Source: an uncultured Enterobacteriaceae bacterium (GTDB lineage Bacteria; Pseudomonadota; Gammaproteobacteria; Burkholderiales; SG8-39). From it: a stretch of 64,000 nucleotides of DNA. This document shows, piece after piece, positions 37,279 through 49,540 of the stretch; positions within the stretch are counted from its first letter, which is position 1, and each line of letters opens with the position of its first letter. The notes under the pieces are model-generated. The model had not been told where the DNA came from. It did no database searches and saw only the letters and a program-made list of their open reading frames with translations. The stretch spans positions 20,321 to 84,320 of the forward strand of contig CAZVZV010000042.1 of assembly GCA_964631735.1 (NCBI GenBank). The letters are read 5' to 3'. The translations under genes and the position numbers were made by a program.

Positions 37279-38235
37279 TTGTCGGTCTATACGCCCGTGT
37301 CAGAGGCCCAGCTCTCGGCCTGGCTGCAGAAATATTCGGTGGGCACGCTCGAGCGCGTGGAACCGATCAAGTCCGGCATCGAGAACACCAACTACTTCGT
37401 CACCACCGCGCAGGGGCGTTATGTGCTCACCCTGTTTGAGCGGCTGCCGGCGGCAGAGCTGCCCTTCTACCTGGACCTGATGGCGCACCTTGCGCGACAC
37501 GGCATTCCCTGCCCGGCGCCGATCGCCGACCTGTCGGACGCCTACCTGGGCACGCTGAACGGCAAGCCCGCGGCGCTGGTGACGCGCTTGCCCGGCAAGT
37601 CGCTCGAGCGGCCGGGCGCGGCCGAATGCCGCGAGCTCGGGGCGCTGCTCGCACGCCTGCACCTCGCGGGGCGTTCCTTTCCGGCCTACCAGGAAAATCC
37701 GCGCGGGCCGCAGTGGTGGCGCGCCGCGGCGCAGGACGTGCGGCCTTTCCTCGACGCCGCGCAGAACGGGCTCCTTGACGCCGAGCTCGAGCTCCAGGCG
37801 CAGCATCGCTTCCCCGACCTGCCGCGCGGCCCGGTGCACGCGGACCTGTTCCGCGACAACGCGCTGTTCGACGGAACACGGCTCGCCGGCGTGATCGACT
37901 TCTACTTCGCGGGCGTGGACTGCTGGCTTTACGACGTTGCGGTGTGCGCCAACGACTGGTGCCTCGCCGACCCGGCGCAGGACTGCTCGCTCGACCCGGC
38001 GCTCACGCGCTCGTTGCTTGGCGCCTACCACGCGTTGCGGCCTTTCACGGCGCTCGAGCGCGAGGCCTGGCCGGTCGTGCTGCGTGCCGCGGCACTGCGC
38101 TTCTGGCTCTCGCGCCTGCACGACCTGCACCTGCCGCGCGCGGGGGAACTGGTGCACGCGCACGACCCGGACCATATGCGCAAGGTGCTGGAGCTGCGTC
38201 TGCACGCGGCGCCGCCCTGGCTGCAAGCAGCATGA
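37279..38235 (+). CDS. thrB: Homoserine kinase (ThrB, aminoglycoside-phosphotransferase-like type)
   Basis: 318 aa. GIENTNYFV and HADLFRDNALF motifs. TTG start. Confidence 0.9.
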   Translation: MSVYTPVSEAQLSAWLQKYSVGTLERVEPIKSGIENTNYFVTTAQGRYVLTLFERLPAAELPFYLDLMAHLARHGIPCPAPIADLSDAYLGTLNGKPAALVTRLPGKSLERPGAAECRELGALLARLHLAGRSFPAYQENPRGPQWWRAAAQDVRPFLDAAQNGLLDAELELQAQHRFPDLPRGPVHADLFRDNALFDGTRLAGVIDFYFAGVDCWLYDVAVCANDWCLADPAQDCSLDPALTRSLLGAYHALRPFTALEREAWPVVLRAAALRFWLSRLHDLHLPRAGELVHAHDPDHMRKVLELRLHAAPPWLQAA

Positions 38236-39017
38236 AGGCGCGCGTGGTCGCTGCCGCACGCGGCTTGCGCTGGCTCGGCGAGGGTTGGCGCATGTTCCGC
38301 GTGGCGCCACTCGGTTGGCTGGCGCTCGTGTTTGGCTACTGGCTGGCGATGACCTCCTTGAGCCTGGTGCCGGTGATCGGGCTCATCGCGGCCTCGATCC
38401 TGGTGCCGGTGTTCTCGGTAGGGTTCATGGTGGCGAGCCGCGCCGCCTCGCGCGGCCAGCCGGTGGAGCTGGTGATGCTGTTCGCGGGTTTCCGCGAGCG
38501 CCTGCCCGCGCAGTTGGCGCTGGGCGCGGCATACCTCGTGGCCCTGGGGGTGGTGATCGGCGGCTCGGCTCTGGCCGACGATGGTGCGCTGGCGCAGTGG
38601 CTGCTCACTGGGCGGCGGCCGGAGGATGAAGCGCTGCAGCGCGACAGCTTCCTCGGCGCGCTCGTTGCGGCGGCTGCACTGTACGTGCCGGTGATGATGA
38701 TGTATTGGTTCGCGCCGCTGCTGACGGCCTGGCAGGGCATGGCACCGCTGCAGGCGTTGTTCTACAGCTTCTTTGCCAGCCTGATGAACTGGCGCGCCTT
38801 CCTCGTCTACGGCGCGGCCGTGACGTTCACCTTGCTGGTGCTGCCCACGACGATGCTGATGCTGCTGCTGTTCGCATCGGGCGGCACCCTGCGCGTGCAA
38901 CCGATGGCGTTGGTGCTGCCGCTGCTGCTCGTCATGCTGCCCACGCTGTTCGCCAGCTTCTACGCCAGTTACCGCGACGTGTTCGCCGTGCAGGAAGCCG
39001 CGGCACCACCCGCATGA
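38232..39017 (+). CDS. BPSS1780-like integral membrane protein
   Basis: 261 aa from ATG 38232 (ATGA overlap with thrB). Multiple TM helices. Confidence 0.7.
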   Translation: MKARVVAAARGLRWLGEGWRMFRVAPLGWLALVFGYWLAMTSLSLVPVIGLIAASILVPVFSVGFMVASRAASRGQPVELVMLFAGFRERLPAQLALGAAYLVALGVVIGGSALADDGALAQWLLTGRRPEDEALQRDSFLGALVAAAALYVPVMMMYWFAPLLTAWQGMAPLQALFYSFFASLMNWRAFLVYGAAVTFTLLVLPTTMLMLLLFASGGTLRVQPMALVLPLLLVMLPTLFASFYASYRDVFAVQEAAAPPA

Positions 39018-42000
39018 GCGCCCGCCTGCGCGAGATTCCGTACAACTACACCTCGTTCTCCGACCGCGAGATCGTGCTGCGTCTGTTGGGCGCCTCCGCC
39101 TGGCCGTTGATCTCGGAGCTGCGCGCCGAACGCCGCACTGGCCGCTCGGCGCGCATGCTGTACGAGGTGCTGGGCGAGATGTGGGCGATCCAGCGCAATC
39201 CTTACCTCGAGGACGGCCTGATCGAGGACCGCCGCACGCGCAAATTGGTGCTGGAGGGCATGCAGCGGCGGCTGGCCGAAATCGAGGCGCGGCGCGGCGA
39301 CGACGGGAAAGTGGCGCAACTGCTCGAGGTAGCGCGCTATGCGGTGGAGGCGTTCGGCGCTTCGTTCGACCAGACGCGCGCCCTGCGCAGGAAGGCCCTG
39401 AAGCGCCTCAAGCGCGCCACGCGCCGCGACAACATCGCCTGCGACGGCTACGCGCGCGTTTCGCACGTCACCGATGCCACCGACTGGCGCGTCGAATACC
39501 CGTTCGTGGTGGTGACGCCCGACAGCGAGGACGAGGTGCTGCCGCTGGTGCGCGAGCTGATCGCGCTCGGTCTTACCATCATCCCGCGCGGCGGCGGCAC
39601 CGGTTACAGCGGCGGCGCGCTGCCGCTCACCCGCCGCTCGGCGGTGATCAACACCGAGAAGCTCGATGCCCTGGGCGCAGTCGAACACCGCGAGCTGATC
39701 GGCGTGACCCAGCGCGTGCCGACGATCCGCGCCGGCGCCGGCGTGGTCACCAAGCGGGTGATGGAGGCTGCGGCAGGTGCGGGCCTGGTGTTCGCAGTGG
39801 ACCCCACTTCGGCGGACGCTTGCTGCATTGGCGGCAACGTGGCCATGAACGCCGGCGGCAAGCAGGCGGTGCTGTGGGGCACCGCGATCGACAACCTCGC
39901 CTGGTGGAAGATGGTCACGCCGCAGGCCGAGTGGATCGAGGTGGAGCGCTACCACCACAACCTGGGCCGGGTGCACGACGCGGAGAAGGCCGTGTTCCAC
40001 ATGCGGCGTTTCGCCAAGGACGGCAAGAAACTGCTGGAGGAGCGCGCGATCGAGATCCCGGGTTCCGCATTCAGGAAGACGGGCCTGGGCAAGGACGTCA
40101 CCGACAAATTCCTCGCCGGCCTGCCCGGGGTGCAGAAGGAAGGCTGCGACGGCATCATCGTCGCTGCGCGCTTCATCCTGCACCGAATGCCCGCGCACAC
40201 GCGCACCGTGTGCCTGGAATTCTTCGGCCCGGTGAGCGAATCCGTGCCCGCCATCGTCGAGGTGAAGGCTTACGTCGACGCCCTGCCTCGCGTGCGCCTG
40301 GCGGGCCTGGAGCACCTGGACCAGCGCTACCTCAAGGCGGTGGGCTACGCCACCAAGGCGCGCCGCGGCGAACGCCCGAAGATGCTGTTGATCGGCGACC
40401 TGACGGGCGACAACGTGGACGAGGTGGCGAGCGCGGCCTCGGCGGTGGTGCGCCTTGCCAACGCGCGCGGCGGCGAAGGCTTCGTCGCCGTCTCGTCGGA
40501 GGCGCGCCAGCGTTTCTGGATGGACCGCGCGCGCACCGCGGCCATCGCGCGCCACACCAACGCATTCAAGATCAACGAGGACGTGGTGATTCCGCTCGAG
40601 CAGCTGGCCGCGTACTCCGACAGCATCGAGCGCATCAACATCGAGTGCTCGATCGACAACAAACTGGAGCTGCTCGATGCGCTGGAGGAGTATTTCCAGG
40701 GTGCGCTGCCGCTGGTGCAGCACGACGAGCGGCTGCCGCGGCACGAATTGCTGGGCGAGCGGCCGCAGCAGGCCCTCGAGCTGATCGCCACCGTGCGCAC
40801 GCGCTGGCAGCGCCTGCGCAACGGCCTGGACGTGGATTTCGAGGCGTTGCAGTCGCATAAGGAGCGGCTGTCGTGGAAGACCGAGGTGCGCGACGAGCTG
40901 CGCCGCCTGTTCTCGGGCAGCACCTACGCGCGCGTGCTGGAGGGCGCGGAGGCCGTGCACAAGAAGGTGCTGCGCGGGCGCGTGTTCGTCGCGCTGCACA
41001 TGCACGCCGGCGACGGCAACGTGCACACCAACATCCCGGTGAACTCCGACGACTACGCCATGCTGCAGCGCGCGAGGCAGGCCGTGGCGCGCATCATGCG
41101 GCTCGCCAAATCACTCGGCGGGGTGATCTCCGGCGAGCACGGCATCGGCATCACCAAGCTGGAGTACCTGGAGCCGGCCGAAATGGAGGCATTCCGCGCC
41201 TATAAGGCAAGCGTGGACCCGGAGGGGCGCTTCAACGCAGGCAAACTGCTTGCCGGCGGCGGCTTGGAGAACGCCTACACGCCGAGCTTCTCGCTCATCG
41301 GCGCCGAGTCGTTGATCCTCGAACAGACCGACCTTGGCGGCGTGGCGACCGCCATCAAGGATTGCCTGCGCTGCGGCAAGTGCAAGCCGGTGTGCGCGAC
41401 GCACGCGCCGCGCGCCAACCTGCTGTACTCGCCGCGCGACAAGATCCTCGCCACGTCGCTGCTCATCGAAGCGATCCTGTACGAGGAGCAGACGCGCCGC
41501 GGCGTGGCGCGAGTGCACTACGACGAGTTGGCCGACGTGGCCGATCACTGCACGGTGTGCCACAAGTGCGCCAGCCCCTGCCCAGTGGACATCGACTTCG
41601 GTGACGTGTCGATTGCCATGAGAAACCTGCTGCGCCGCGCGGGCAAGCGCCGCTTCAATCCCGGCACGCGGCTCTCGATGCTGTTCCTCGGCATTACCGA
41701 TCCGCGCGCCATCAAGGTGGCAAGAAAGATCCTCATCGACTGGGGCTACGCCGCGCAACGCTTCGCGCACCGCATGCTCGGCTTCCTCGGCCGCCGGCAG
41801 ACGACGAAACCCCCGCCCACCACCGGCGGGCGGCCTTCCCTCGCCGCGCAGGTGGTGCACTTCGTCAACAAGCCGATGCCCGGCAAGCTGCCGAAGAGAA
41901 CCGCGCGCGCGCTGCTCGACATCGAGGACGCGAAGATCGTGCCGATCGTGCGCGACCCGGCCAAGGTGACGGAGGATTCGGACGCGGTGTTCTACTTCCC

Positions 42001-42757
42001 GGGCTGCGGCTCGGAGCGACTGTTCTCGCAGGTGGGGCTTGCCACGCAGGCGATGCTCTACGAAGTGGGCGCGCAATGCGTGCTGCCGCCAGGGTATCTG
42101 TGCTGCGGCTATCCGCAGACCGCGGCGGGCGAGGAGGAAAAGGGCGAGAAGATCATCACTTCGAATCGCGTGCTGTTCCACCGCCTCGCCACGACGCTCA
42201 ACTACCTCGACATCAAAACGGTGATCGTGTCCTGCGGCACTTGCCTCGACCAGTTGGAGAAGTACCAGTTCGGCAAGATCTTTCCCGGCTCGCGGCTGCT
42301 GGACATCCACGAATACCTGCTGGAAAAGGGCGTGAAGCTGGACGGCGTGAAGGGGGTGAGGTACCTGTACCACGATCCCTGCCACACGCCGATCAAGCAG
42401 CACCAGCCGCTGGAAGTAGTGAAGCAGCTGATGGGCAGCGAGGTGACGCTGTCCGAGCGCTGCTGCGGCGAATCGGGCACGCTCGCGCTCACGCGCCCGG
42501 ACATTTCCACGCAGGTGCGCATGCGCAAGGAAGAGGAACTGAGGAAGGGGATTGCCGCGCTGCCGGGCGATGCGCCGGTCAAGGTGCTGACCTCTTGCCC
42601 GTCCTGCCTGCAGGGCCTGGCGAGATTCGACAACGACACCGGCGCGCAAGCCGACTACGTCGTGGTGGAGATGGCGCGGCGCCTGCTGGGTGAGGACTGG
42701 ATGGCCAATTTCGTCGGCAAAGCCAACGCGGGTGGCATCGAACGCGTGTTGTTATAG
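39014..42757 (+). CDS. Large FAD-linked oxidase / Fe-S oxidoreductase fusion (DUF3683 N-terminus, GlcD-like, 2x[4Fe-4S] and two CCG domains)
   Basis: 1247 aa from ATG 39014. [13 protein letters not shown] (FAD_binding_4), [42 protein letters not shown] and YHDPCH. Confidence 0.85.
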   Translation: MSARLREIPYNYTSFSDREIVLRLLGASAWPLISELRAERRTGRSARMLYEVLGEMWAIQRNPYLEDGLIEDRRTRKLVLEGMQRRLAEIEARRGDDGKVAQLLEVARYAVEAFGASFDQTRALRRKALKRLKRATRRDNIACDGYARVSHVTDATDWRVEYPFVVVTPDSEDEVLPLVRELIALGLTIIPRGGGTGYSGGALPLTRRSAVINTEKLDALGAVEHRELIGVTQRVPTIRAGAGVVTKRVMEAAAGAGLVFAVDPTSADACCIGGNVAMNAGGKQAVLWGTAIDNLAWWKMVTPQAEWIEVERYHHNLGRVHDAEKAVFHMRRFAKDGKKLLEERAIEIPGSAFRKTGLGKDVTDKFLAGLPGVQKEGCDGIIVAARFILHRMPAHTRTVCLEFFGPVSESVPAIVEVKAYVDALPRVRLAGLEHLDQRYLKAVGYATKARRGERPKMLLIGDLTGDNVDEVASAASAVVRLANARGGEGFVAVSSEARQRFWMDRARTAAIARHTNAFKINEDVVIPLEQLAAYSDSIERINIECSIDNKLELLDALEEYFQGALPLVQHDERLPRHELLGERPQQALELIATVRTRWQRLRNGLDVDFEALQSHKERLSWKTEVRDELRRLFSGSTYARVLEGAEAVHKKVLRGRVFVALHMHAGDGNVHTNIPVNSDDYAMLQRARQAVARIMRLAKSLGGVISGEHGIGITKLEYLEPAEMEAFRAYKASVDPEGRFNAGKLLAGGGLENAYTPSFSLIGAESLILEQTDLGGVATAIKDCLRCGKCKPVCATHAPRANLLYSPRDKILATSLLIEAILYEEQTRRGVARVHYDELADVADHCTVCHKCASPCPVDIDFGDVSIAMRNLLRRAGKRRFNPGTRLSMLFLGITDPRAIKVARKILIDWGYAAQRFAHRMLGFLGRRQTTKPPPTTGGRPSLAAQVVHFVNKPMPGKLPKRTARALLDIEDAKIVPIVRDPAKVTEDSDAVFYFPGCGSERLFSQVGLATQAMLYEVGAQCVLPPGYLCCGYPQTAAGEEEKGEKIITSNRVLFHRLATTLNYLDIKTVIVSCGTCLDQLEKYQFGKIFPGSRLLDIHEYLLEKGVKLDGVKGVRYLYHDPCHTPIKQHQPLEVVKQLMGSEVTLSERCCGESGTLALTRPDISTQVRMRKEEELRKGIAALPGDAPVKVLTSCPSCLQGLARFDNDTGAQADYVVVEMARRLLGEDWMANFVGKANAGGIERVLL

Positions 42758-42768
42758 AGTTCGCGGCG

Positions 42769-44385
42769 ATGACCGGCCTTTCCGCGTTCAAGCTGCCCGA
42801 GATCGATCCTGCCGCGACGCCCGAGTTTTCCGACGGCGCGAGCTGCAAGGCCTGGCTGGAGAACGTCCCGCTGGCCAACGTTGCTTCCGCGCAGCACCAG
42901 TTGCTGTTGCAGGTCGAGGAGTTCAACCGCTGCGGCGCCGCGGCGAAGGACCGCTTCGAAGCGCTCGAAGCGGTGCGCGAGGCGGTGAGCTTCGTGCAGC
43001 TCGAGCAGGCCAAGCGTTTCACCAACCGCGCGCTGCCGATGCTCGAAACCGAAGCGGCGATGTTCGACGACACCATCGAGCTGTGGGAACAGATGCGGCT
43101 CGGTTACCTGCGCTGCCTCGAAGCCGGCCAGGCGTCGCTGCGCGCGCAGCGCGCGCTCATCTGCCAGCGCGCGCTGGCCTACTCGGGGCTGCGCATGTTC
43201 CACCACTACCGAGCCTACCGGCAGGTGCCGGGCAGCGACTGGCGTGGCCTGCACCAGGTGTTGGCGCGAGCCGAGGCGCTCGGCATTGCCGATGAGCCGG
43301 TGAAGGACTACCTCAACCGCGACGTGAACGACACCTCGCCGCGCACCGCCTACCTGCGCGCCGTGCTGATGGGCATGTGCAACCCGAACGAGCTGGGCCC
43401 GCGCCAGCTTACTTTCGTCGCCTACCTGCTCGAGCGCTGGGCCGACAAGGTCGGCATGTCGAACAAACCGATCGAGCCAGAGGGCGAGCCGCCGCCGCTG
43501 ACAGTGGACCTGGCCGGCGATCGCTGCGCCGAGCGCGGCGCGGCGCAGGGCGCAGACATGCGCATCCTGGACGAGCGGCGCCTCGCCAAGAGCTTGCGCA
43601 ACCGCGTCGCGCTGCTGCGCAAGGGCGAATCGCCCGCCAGGCTCGCGCTGGGCAAGGATTGCGTACAGCCCTCCTGCGAGCAGTTGCTGGTGTTCCTCTA
43701 CCGCCGGTGGTGCCAGGCGCTGGCGCCGCGAAGCACCGCGCGCGCGCGCGTGATGGACATGGCGCAGGCCTGCACCGACGTCGCGGCGATCCACTACTAC
43801 ATCTCCGGAGGCGTGTTTCGCGGCGTGAGCGAATCCAGGGAACTCTCGTCCAAGCAGCGCGACGAGATCGCCACCTTCGGCCGCGTCATCACGCGCGACG
43901 AGGGAGATTTCAGCGCGGCGCACGGTTTCCTGCTCGAGCATTGGCAGCTCGAGGAAGAAAGCGCGCAGGGCCTGAAGATGGTGCGCCGCGCCGGCAACCC
44001 GGGCAAGCGCATGGCGCACGGCCAGCTGGTCGGCGTGCGCCCTGGTGATGGCAAGAATTTCCAGCTCGGCCAGGTGCGCTGGCTGATGTTGACCAGCGCC
44101 GGCGACCTGCACTGCGGGCTGAAGCTGTTACCGGGCGTGCCAGTCCCAGCCGCGGTGCGCGCCAGCGGCGTCAATGTCGCTGGGGAGAAAACCATGCAGG
44201 CCTTCGCGCTCGCGGCGGTGCCGGCGCTGGACTCGCCGCCCACTCTGGTGACGGCGGCGGGCTGGTTCAAGCCCAAGCGGGTGATTGAGGCGATGATCCG
44301 CAAGCCGCAGCGGATGCGCTTGCTCGAGGTAGTCGAGCGCGGCATCGATTTTGAGCGCGTGACCTACGAAGTCCTGCCGGATTAG
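42769..44385 (+). CDS. Conserved hypothetical protein
   Basis: 538-aa ORF starting 12 bp after the flavoprotein. Clean coding frame. I recognise no family. Confidence 0.65.
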   Translation: MTGLSAFKLPEIDPAATPEFSDGASCKAWLENVPLANVASAQHQLLLQVEEFNRCGAAAKDRFEALEAVREAVSFVQLEQAKRFTNRALPMLETEAAMFDDTIELWEQMRLGYLRCLEAGQASLRAQRALICQRALAYSGLRMFHHYRAYRQVPGSDWRGLHQVLARAEALGIADEPVKDYLNRDVNDTSPRTAYLRAVLMGMCNPNELGPRQLTFVAYLLERWADKVGMSNKPIEPEGEPPPLTVDLAGDRCAERGAAQGADMRILDERRLAKSLRNRVALLRKGESPARLALGKDCVQPSCEQLLVFLYRRWCQALAPRSTARARVMDMAQACTDVAAIHYYISGGVFRGVSESRELSSKQRDEIATFGRVITRDEGDFSAAHGFLLEHWQLEEESAQGLKMVRRAGNPGKRMAHGQLVGVRPGDGKNFQLGQVRWLMLTSAGDLHCGLKLLPGVPVPAAVRASGVNVAGEKTMQAFALAAVPALDSPPTLVTAAGWFKPKRVIEAMIRKPQRMRLLEVVERGIDFERVTYEVLPD

Positions 44386-44408
44386 TTAGAGAAAGCTTGC
44401 GCTCACCC

Positions 44409-45143
44409 ATGTCAGACACCGATTTCGGCTACCAGCGCGTCCCCGAGGCTGAGAAGGACGGCCGCGTGCGCGAGGTTTTCGATCGCGTCGCGCCACGCTA
44501 CGACCTGATGAACGACCTCATGTCCTTCGGCCTGCATCGCCTGTGGAAGGCTTTCGCCGTGGGAATCGCACGCCTGCGGCCCGGAGAGCGGGTGCTGGAT
44601 GTCGCCTCCGGCACCGGCGACCTGGCGCGGGCCTTTGCGCGCCGTGTCGGCCCCTCGGGCGAAGTATGGGCGACCGACATCAACCGCAGCATGCTGGAGT
44701 ACGGCCGCGACCGCTTGCTCGACGCGGGCTGCCTGGTCCCGGCCGTGCAGTGCGACGCCGAGCGGCTGCCATTCCAGGCGGCCTGCTTTGACTGCGTGAG
44801 CGTGGGTTTTGGCCTGCGCAACATGACACGCAAGGAGGCGGCGCTTGCCGAGATGACGCGTGTGCTGAAGCCCGGCGGGCGCCTGCTGGTGCTCGAGTTC
44901 TCCAAGGTATGGAAACCGCTCCAAAGACCCTACGACCTGTACTCCTTCAAGCTGCTCCCCTGGCTGGGGGAGAGGATTGCGGGCGATGCCGCCGCCTACC
45001 GCTACCTCGCGGAATCCATCCGTATGCACCCTGGCCAGGCGGAACTTGCGGCGATGATGGAACGCGCGGGGCTGGCGCAGGTCGAATATTTCAACCTCAG
45101 CGCGGGTATCGCGGCCGTTCATCGCGGCGTCAAACTGGGGTAG
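44409..45143 (+). CDS. ubiE: Ubiquinone/menaquinone biosynthesis C-methyltransferase
   Basis: 244 aa from ATG 44409. [17 protein letters not shown] and [11 protein letters not shown] motifs. Confidence 0.93.
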   Translation: MSDTDFGYQRVPEAEKDGRVREVFDRVAPRYDLMNDLMSFGLHRLWKAFAVGIARLRPGERVLDVASGTGDLARAFARRVGPSGEVWATDINRSMLEYGRDRLLDAGCLVPAVQCDAERLPFQAACFDCVSVGFGLRNMTRKEAALAEMTRVLKPGGRLLVLEFSKVWKPLQRPYDLYSFKLLPWLGERIAGDAAAYRYLAESIRMHPGQAELAAMMERAGLAQVEYFNLSAGIAAVHRGVKLG

Positions 45144-45180
45144 CATGATCGGACAAACTGAACAACGGGGGATAGGTCTC

Positions 45181-46017
45181 ATGGGCAGGCTGTGGCTGGC
45201 AGTGGCGGCAGTGATCCTGGGAATCGCGATCGCGATGCCCGAGGCTGAGGCGGCGCGCCTGGGCGGCGGCCGTACGATCGGCGCGCAACGCAACGTGACG
45301 GCTGCGCCGCAGGCCACGCCCGCGAAACCTGCGCAGCAGACCGCGCCCGCCGCGGCGCCCGCGACTGCGGGCAGCAAGTGGCTGCCGATGCTCGGCGGCC
45401 TCGCATTGGGTGGCCTGCTCGGCGCGATGTTCGCCGGCAGCCCGATTCTTTCCACCCTCGTTTCCGCGATGCTGATCGGACTTCTCGTATTCGCCGCGTT
45501 TGCACTGTTCCGCATGCTGCGCGCGCCTCGCACCCAGACCAGACCGCTGCAGTACGCGGGCTTGGGCAGCGAGACGGTCGCCGCGCCGCCGCCCTCGCAG
45601 GCGACGGGTTTCGACGCACGCGTCGCACTGGGCACGCCGCGCGCAGGCATTCCCGCGGGCTTCGACGTGACTGGTTTCCTGCGCGCCGCGAAGTCCAACT
45701 TCATCAAGCTGCAGATCGCCAACGACAGCGGCAAGCTGGACGAGCTGCGCGAGGTCACCACACCGGAGATGTACGCGGTGCTGAGCGAGGACCTGCGCAG
45801 CGGCGGCAAGCGGCAGACCGATGTGGTGACGCTGAACGCGGACCTGCTGGAAGTGGCCACCGAGGGCGACCGGCACTGGGCCAGCGTGCGCTTCTCCGGA
45901 CTGGTGAGCGAAGCCCCCGGGGCGGCGCCTGCCAGCTTCGAGGAGGTATGGAACCTCTCCAAGCCGGTGGACGGCTCCGCCGGCTGGCAGCTTGCCGGCA
46001 TCCAGCAGATGCACTGA
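45181..46017 (+). CDS. Tim44-like domain protein (ubiquinone-cluster associated)
   Basis: 278 aa from ATG 45181. N-terminal signal/TM, a Gly/Ala-rich TM region, and a C-terminal Tim44-like domain (FLRAAKSNFIKLQIA...WNLSKP). Confidence 0.8.
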   Translation: MGRLWLAVAAVILGIAIAMPEAEAARLGGGRTIGAQRNVTAAPQATPAKPAQQTAPAAAPATAGSKWLPMLGGLALGGLLGAMFAGSPILSTLVSAMLIGLLVFAAFALFRMLRAPRTQTRPLQYAGLGSETVAAPPPSQATGFDARVALGTPRAGIPAGFDVTGFLRAAKSNFIKLQIANDSGKLDELREVTTPEMYAVLSEDLRSGGKRQTDVVTLNADLLEVATEGDRHWASVRFSGLVSEAPGAAPASFEEVWNLSKPVDGSAGWQLAGIQQMH

Positions 46018-46034
46018 CCGGTCTAACCTCACCT

Positions 46035-46064
46035 AGGGCCACCACAGGGTGGCCCTTTTTGTTT
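46035..46064 (+). terminator. Rho-independent terminator-like hairpin
   Basis: AGGGCCAC-cacagg-GTGGCCCT followed by TTTTTGTTT, 18 bp after the Tim44-like stop and directly before the ubiJ ATG. Confidence 0.55.
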
Positions 46065-46066
46065 GC

Positions 46067-46633
46067 ATGACCGCTTTCGAATCGCCCCTGGTTTTTGCGT
46101 TGAACCGCCTGCTCGAGGCCGAGCCCTGGGCGCGCGAGCGGCTTGCGCCGTTTGCGGGTGAAACCGTGGAGCTGCGCGCCGCGCCGCTGCCGGCACTGCG
46201 CTTTGCCATCGACGAGGCCGGGCGACTGGCGCCCGGCGGCGAACCCAGCCTCAGCATCAGCGTGCGCCCGGACTCGCTGAGCGCGCTGCTGCGCGGCGAG
46301 GAGCACTTCATGCGCACCGTGGAGATCGCGGGCAACGCGCGGCTCGCGCAGGAAGTGCTGCACCTCGTGCGCCACCTGCGCTGGGACTTCGAAGAGGAGC
46401 TGTCGAGGCTGTTTGGCGATGCCGCGGCTCATGCCATGGCCGGAGCTGCGCGCAGTTTCGCCGGATGGCACGCGGACGCGGCAAAGCGCCTCGCCGAGGG
46501 CTTCATGGAGTACGCGGTGCATGAGAGCCGGCTGCTTGCGCCGCGCGCGCAGTTCGCCGCTTTCGGCGCCGAAGTGGCGCAGCTGCGCGACACGCTCGAG
46601 CGGCTGGAAAAACGCATCGAGCGCCTGCCATGA
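46067..46633 (+). CDS. ubiJ: Ubiquinone biosynthesis accessory factor UbiJ (SCP2 domain)
   Basis: 188 aa from ATG 46067. Located between the Tim44-like gene and ubiB, with a C-terminal amphipathic helix. The 46049 start in the track lies inside the hairpin. Confidence 0.75.
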   Translation: MTAFESPLVFALNRLLEAEPWARERLAPFAGETVELRAAPLPALRFAIDEAGRLAPGGEPSLSISVRPDSLSALLRGEEHFMRTVEIAGNARLAQEVLHLVRHLRWDFEEELSRLFGDAAAHAMAGAARSFAGWHADAAKRLAEGFMEYAVHESRLLAPRAQFAAFGAEVAQLRDTLERLEKRIERLP

Positions 46634-48114
46634 GCCGGTTGCTGCGCATCTTCGCCGTCGCGCTGCGTTTCCGGCTGTACCGGTTCCTGCCGCGCTTTGC
46701 CGGTTTAGCTGACGCCGATCGCGCCGTGCGCCTGCGCCAGGCGCTGGAGGCGCTGGGGCCGATCTTCGTCAAGTTTGGCCAAGTGCTGTCCACGCGCCGC
46801 GACCTGTTGCCACTCGACATCGCCGATGAGCTGGCGAAGCTGCAGGACCAGGTACCACCGTTTCCCGCCGCGCTGGCGGCGGCCGAGATTGAAAAGGGCA
46901 TCGGCAGGAAGATCGAGGAAGTGTTTGCCGAGTTCGGAGCCGAGCCGGTGGCGAGCGCCTCGGTGGCACAGGTGCACATTGCGCGCTTGAAGGACGGCCG
47001 CGAGGTGGCGGTGAAGGTGCTGCGGCCCGGCGTGGAGGCTGCGATCGCGAAGGACGTGGCGCTGCTCGAGACAGCTGCCGGGCTGATGGAGCGCCTGTGG
47101 GCCGACGGGCGGCGACTGAAGCCGCGCGAAGTGGTGGCCGAGTTCGCGCGCCACCTGGAGGACGAACTGGACCTCCTGCGCGAGGCGGCCAACGCCAGCC
47201 AATTGCGGCGCAATTTCGAGGCTTCGCCGCTGCTCGCGGTGCCGCAGGTGTACTGGGACTGGTGCTCGCAGCGCGTGATGGTGATGGAGCGCATGCACGG
47301 CACGCCGGTGTCGCAGGTGGATGTGCTGCGCGGGAAAGGCGTGGACATCCCCAGGCTCGCCCGCGCCGGCGTGGAGATCTTCTTCACCCAGGTGTTCCGC
47401 GACGGCTTCTTCCACGCCGACATGCATCCCGGCAACATCTTTGTCGCCACCGAGGCAGAAACGAGCGGCAAGTACGTCGCGCTGGACTTTGGCATCATGG
47501 GCACGCTGACCGAGGTGGACAAGAACTACCTCGCGCAGAACTTCCTCGCCTTCTTCAACCGCGACTACCGCCGCGTGGCGCAGGCGCACCTGGACGCCGG
47601 CTGGGTCCCCGCAGCGACGCGCGTGGACGAGTTCGAGGCGGCGATCCGCGCGGTGTGCGAGCCGATCTTCGCGCGGCCGCTGAAGGAGATCTACTTCGGC
47701 AAACTCCTGTTGCGCCTGTTCCAGACCTCGCGCCGCTTCGGCGTCGAGATCCAGCCGCAGCTGGTGATGCTGCAAAAGACGCTGCTCAACATCGAGGGGC
47801 TGGGTCGCGAGCTGGATCCGGACCTCGACCTGTGGCAGACGGCGAAGCCTTTCCTCGAGCGCTGGATGCGCGAGCAGGTGGGCTGGCGCGGGCTGGTGCG
47901 GACGCTCAGGCAGGAGGCGCCCTACTGGGCGGCGACGCTGCCGCAGCTGCCGCGGCTGCTGCACCGGCTGCTCGCCGAGGACCGCCTGGGCGCCTTGCAC
48001 AAGGCCATGGAGCGCCTGGCCGAAGAGAACGCGCGCAGGAACATGCTGCTCACGGTGCTGCTGGGCCTGCTTGCAGCGGGGCTGATCTTGTTTATTATTC
48101 TGGCGCGATGCTGA
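46630..48114 (+). CDS. ubiB: Ubiquinone biosynthesis regulatory protein kinase UbiB
   Basis: 494 aa. [21 protein letters not shown] and [12 protein letters not shown] motifs, plus C-terminal TM helices. Confidence 0.93.
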   Translation: MSRLLRIFAVALRFRLYRFLPRFAGLADADRAVRLRQALEALGPIFVKFGQVLSTRRDLLPLDIADELAKLQDQVPPFPAALAAAEIEKGIGRKIEEVFAEFGAEPVASASVAQVHIARLKDGREVAVKVLRPGVEAAIAKDVALLETAAGLMERLWADGRRLKPREVVAEFARHLEDELDLLREAANASQLRRNFEASPLLAVPQVYWDWCSQRVMVMERMHGTPVSQVDVLRGKGVDIPRLARAGVEIFFTQVFRDGFFHADMHPGNIFVATEAETSGKYVALDFGIMGTLTEVDKNYLAQNFLAFFNRDYRRVAQAHLDAGWVPAATRVDEFEAAIRAVCEPIFARPLKEIYFGKLLLRLFQTSRRFGVEIQPQLVMLQKTLLNIEGLGRELDPDLDLWQTAKPFLERWMREQVGWRGLVRTLRQEAPYWAATLPQLPRLLHRLLAEDRLGALHKAMERLAEENARRNMLLTVLLGLLAAGLILFIILARC

Positions 48115-49532
48115 TCACCTCCGTCGTCGTCTACCTGCTGGTCACCATCGCCATCGGCCTGTGGGCGGCGAAGCGCGTCGCCAGTTCCAAGGACTTTCTG
48201 GTGGCGGGGCGGCGCCTGCCGCTCTACATGACCGTCACCACGGTGTTCGCCACCTGGTTCGGCGCCGAAACCGTGCTCTCGGTGTCGGCGACCTTTGCGC
48301 GAGACGGCCTGGGTGGCATCGTCGCCGATCCCTTCGGCTCCTCCTTCTGCCTGGTGTTCGTGGCGCTGTTCTTCGCGCGCGCGTTCTACCGCATGGACCT
48401 GCTCACCATCGGTGACTTCTACCGCAAGCGCTACAACAAGCCGGTCGAGGTGACCACCAGCCTGGCGATCACCGCGTCCTACCTGGGCTGGACTTCGGCG
48501 CAGCTCACCGCGCTCGGCCTGGTGTTCACTGTGCTCTCCGGCGGCACGCTCAGCCTGAACGAGGGCATTCTGCTCGGCGCGGCGATTGTGCTCGGCTACA
48601 CCATCTGGGGCGGCATGTGGTCGGTGGCATGGACCGACCTGTTCCAGAGCGTGATCATCATCGTCGGCCTGTGGATCGTCGCCATGCTGGTGTCGGACAT
48701 GGCGGGCGGCACCGGCAAGGTGATCACGGCCGCCGCCGAGGCCGGCAAGTTCAGCTTCTGGCCCGAGGGTGGCGGCAAGGAGTGGCTGGCCTTCGCCGCG
48801 TCGTGGGCGACGCTCGCCATCGGCTCGATCCCGCAGCAGGACGTGTTCCAGCGCGTCACCTCGGCGAAGAACGAGTCGACCGCGGTGAAGGGCACGCTGA
48901 TCGGCGGCGGCGCCTACTTCCTGTTCGCCTTCGTGCCCATCTTCATCGCCTATGCCGCGCTGGTGGTGGATCCGCAACTGGCGCAGCTGTTCAAGTCGGA
49001 CGACGCGCGCGAGATCCAGTTCATCCTGCCGCACTTCATCCGCGACAGCGTGCCGGTATGGGCGCAGGTGCTGTTCTTCGGCGCGCTGCTGTCGGCGATC
49101 CTGTCGACGGCTTCAGGCGCGCTGCTCGCGCCTACGGCGCTGTTCACCGAGAACGTGCTGCGACCCTTCACCCCCAACATGACCGACCGGCAGTTCCTCA
49201 TCACGCTACGCATCGTGCTGGTGTGCTTCACGCTGGCGGCGCTGCTGTTCGGCCTGAACTCGAAGAGCACCATGTACGAAATGGTGCAGAACGCCTACAA
49301 GGTGACGCTGGCCGGCGCCTTCGTGCCGTTGGTGGCGGGCCTGTTCTGGAAGCGCGCCACCGCCGCCGGGGCAATGGCCTCGATCCTGCTGGGCTTGTCG
49401 ACCTGGCTGCTGGCCGAAGCCTTCGCGCCCGATGGACTGTGGCCGACGCAGTTCGTCGGTCTCGCCTTCGCCATCCTCGGCATGGTGGTCGGGTCGCTCG
49501 CCTCGAAGCCGGCGCACCGGCACACCGCGTAG
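48108..49532 (+). CDS. Sodium:solute symporter family transporter
   Basis: 474 aa from ATG 48108. FLVAGRRLP and TWFGAET motifs. Polytopic. Confidence 0.85.
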   Translation: MLITSVVVYLLVTIAIGLWAAKRVASSKDFLVAGRRLPLYMTVTTVFATWFGAETVLSVSATFARDGLGGIVADPFGSSFCLVFVALFFARAFYRMDLLTIGDFYRKRYNKPVEVTTSLAITASYLGWTSAQLTALGLVFTVLSGGTLSLNEGILLGAAIVLGYTIWGGMWSVAWTDLFQSVIIIVGLWIVAMLVSDMAGGTGKVITAAAEAGKFSFWPEGGGKEWLAFAASWATLAIGSIPQQDVFQRVTSAKNESTAVKGTLIGGGAYFLFAFVPIFIAYAALVVDPQLAQLFKSDDAREIQFILPHFIRDSVPVWAQVLFFGALLSAILSTASGALLAPTALFTENVLRPFTPNMTDRQFLITLRIVLVCFTLAALLFGLNSKSTMYEMVQNAYKVTLAGAFVPLVAGLFWKRATAAGAMASILLGLSTWLLAEAFAPDGLWPTQFVGLAFAILGMVVGSLASKPAHRHTA

Positions 49533-49540
49533 GGCGCGCG

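Noticed and set aside
38969-42649. 685-aa and 512-aa minus-strand ORFs
   Set aside because: Antisense shadows of the FAD/Fe-S oxidoreductase gene.
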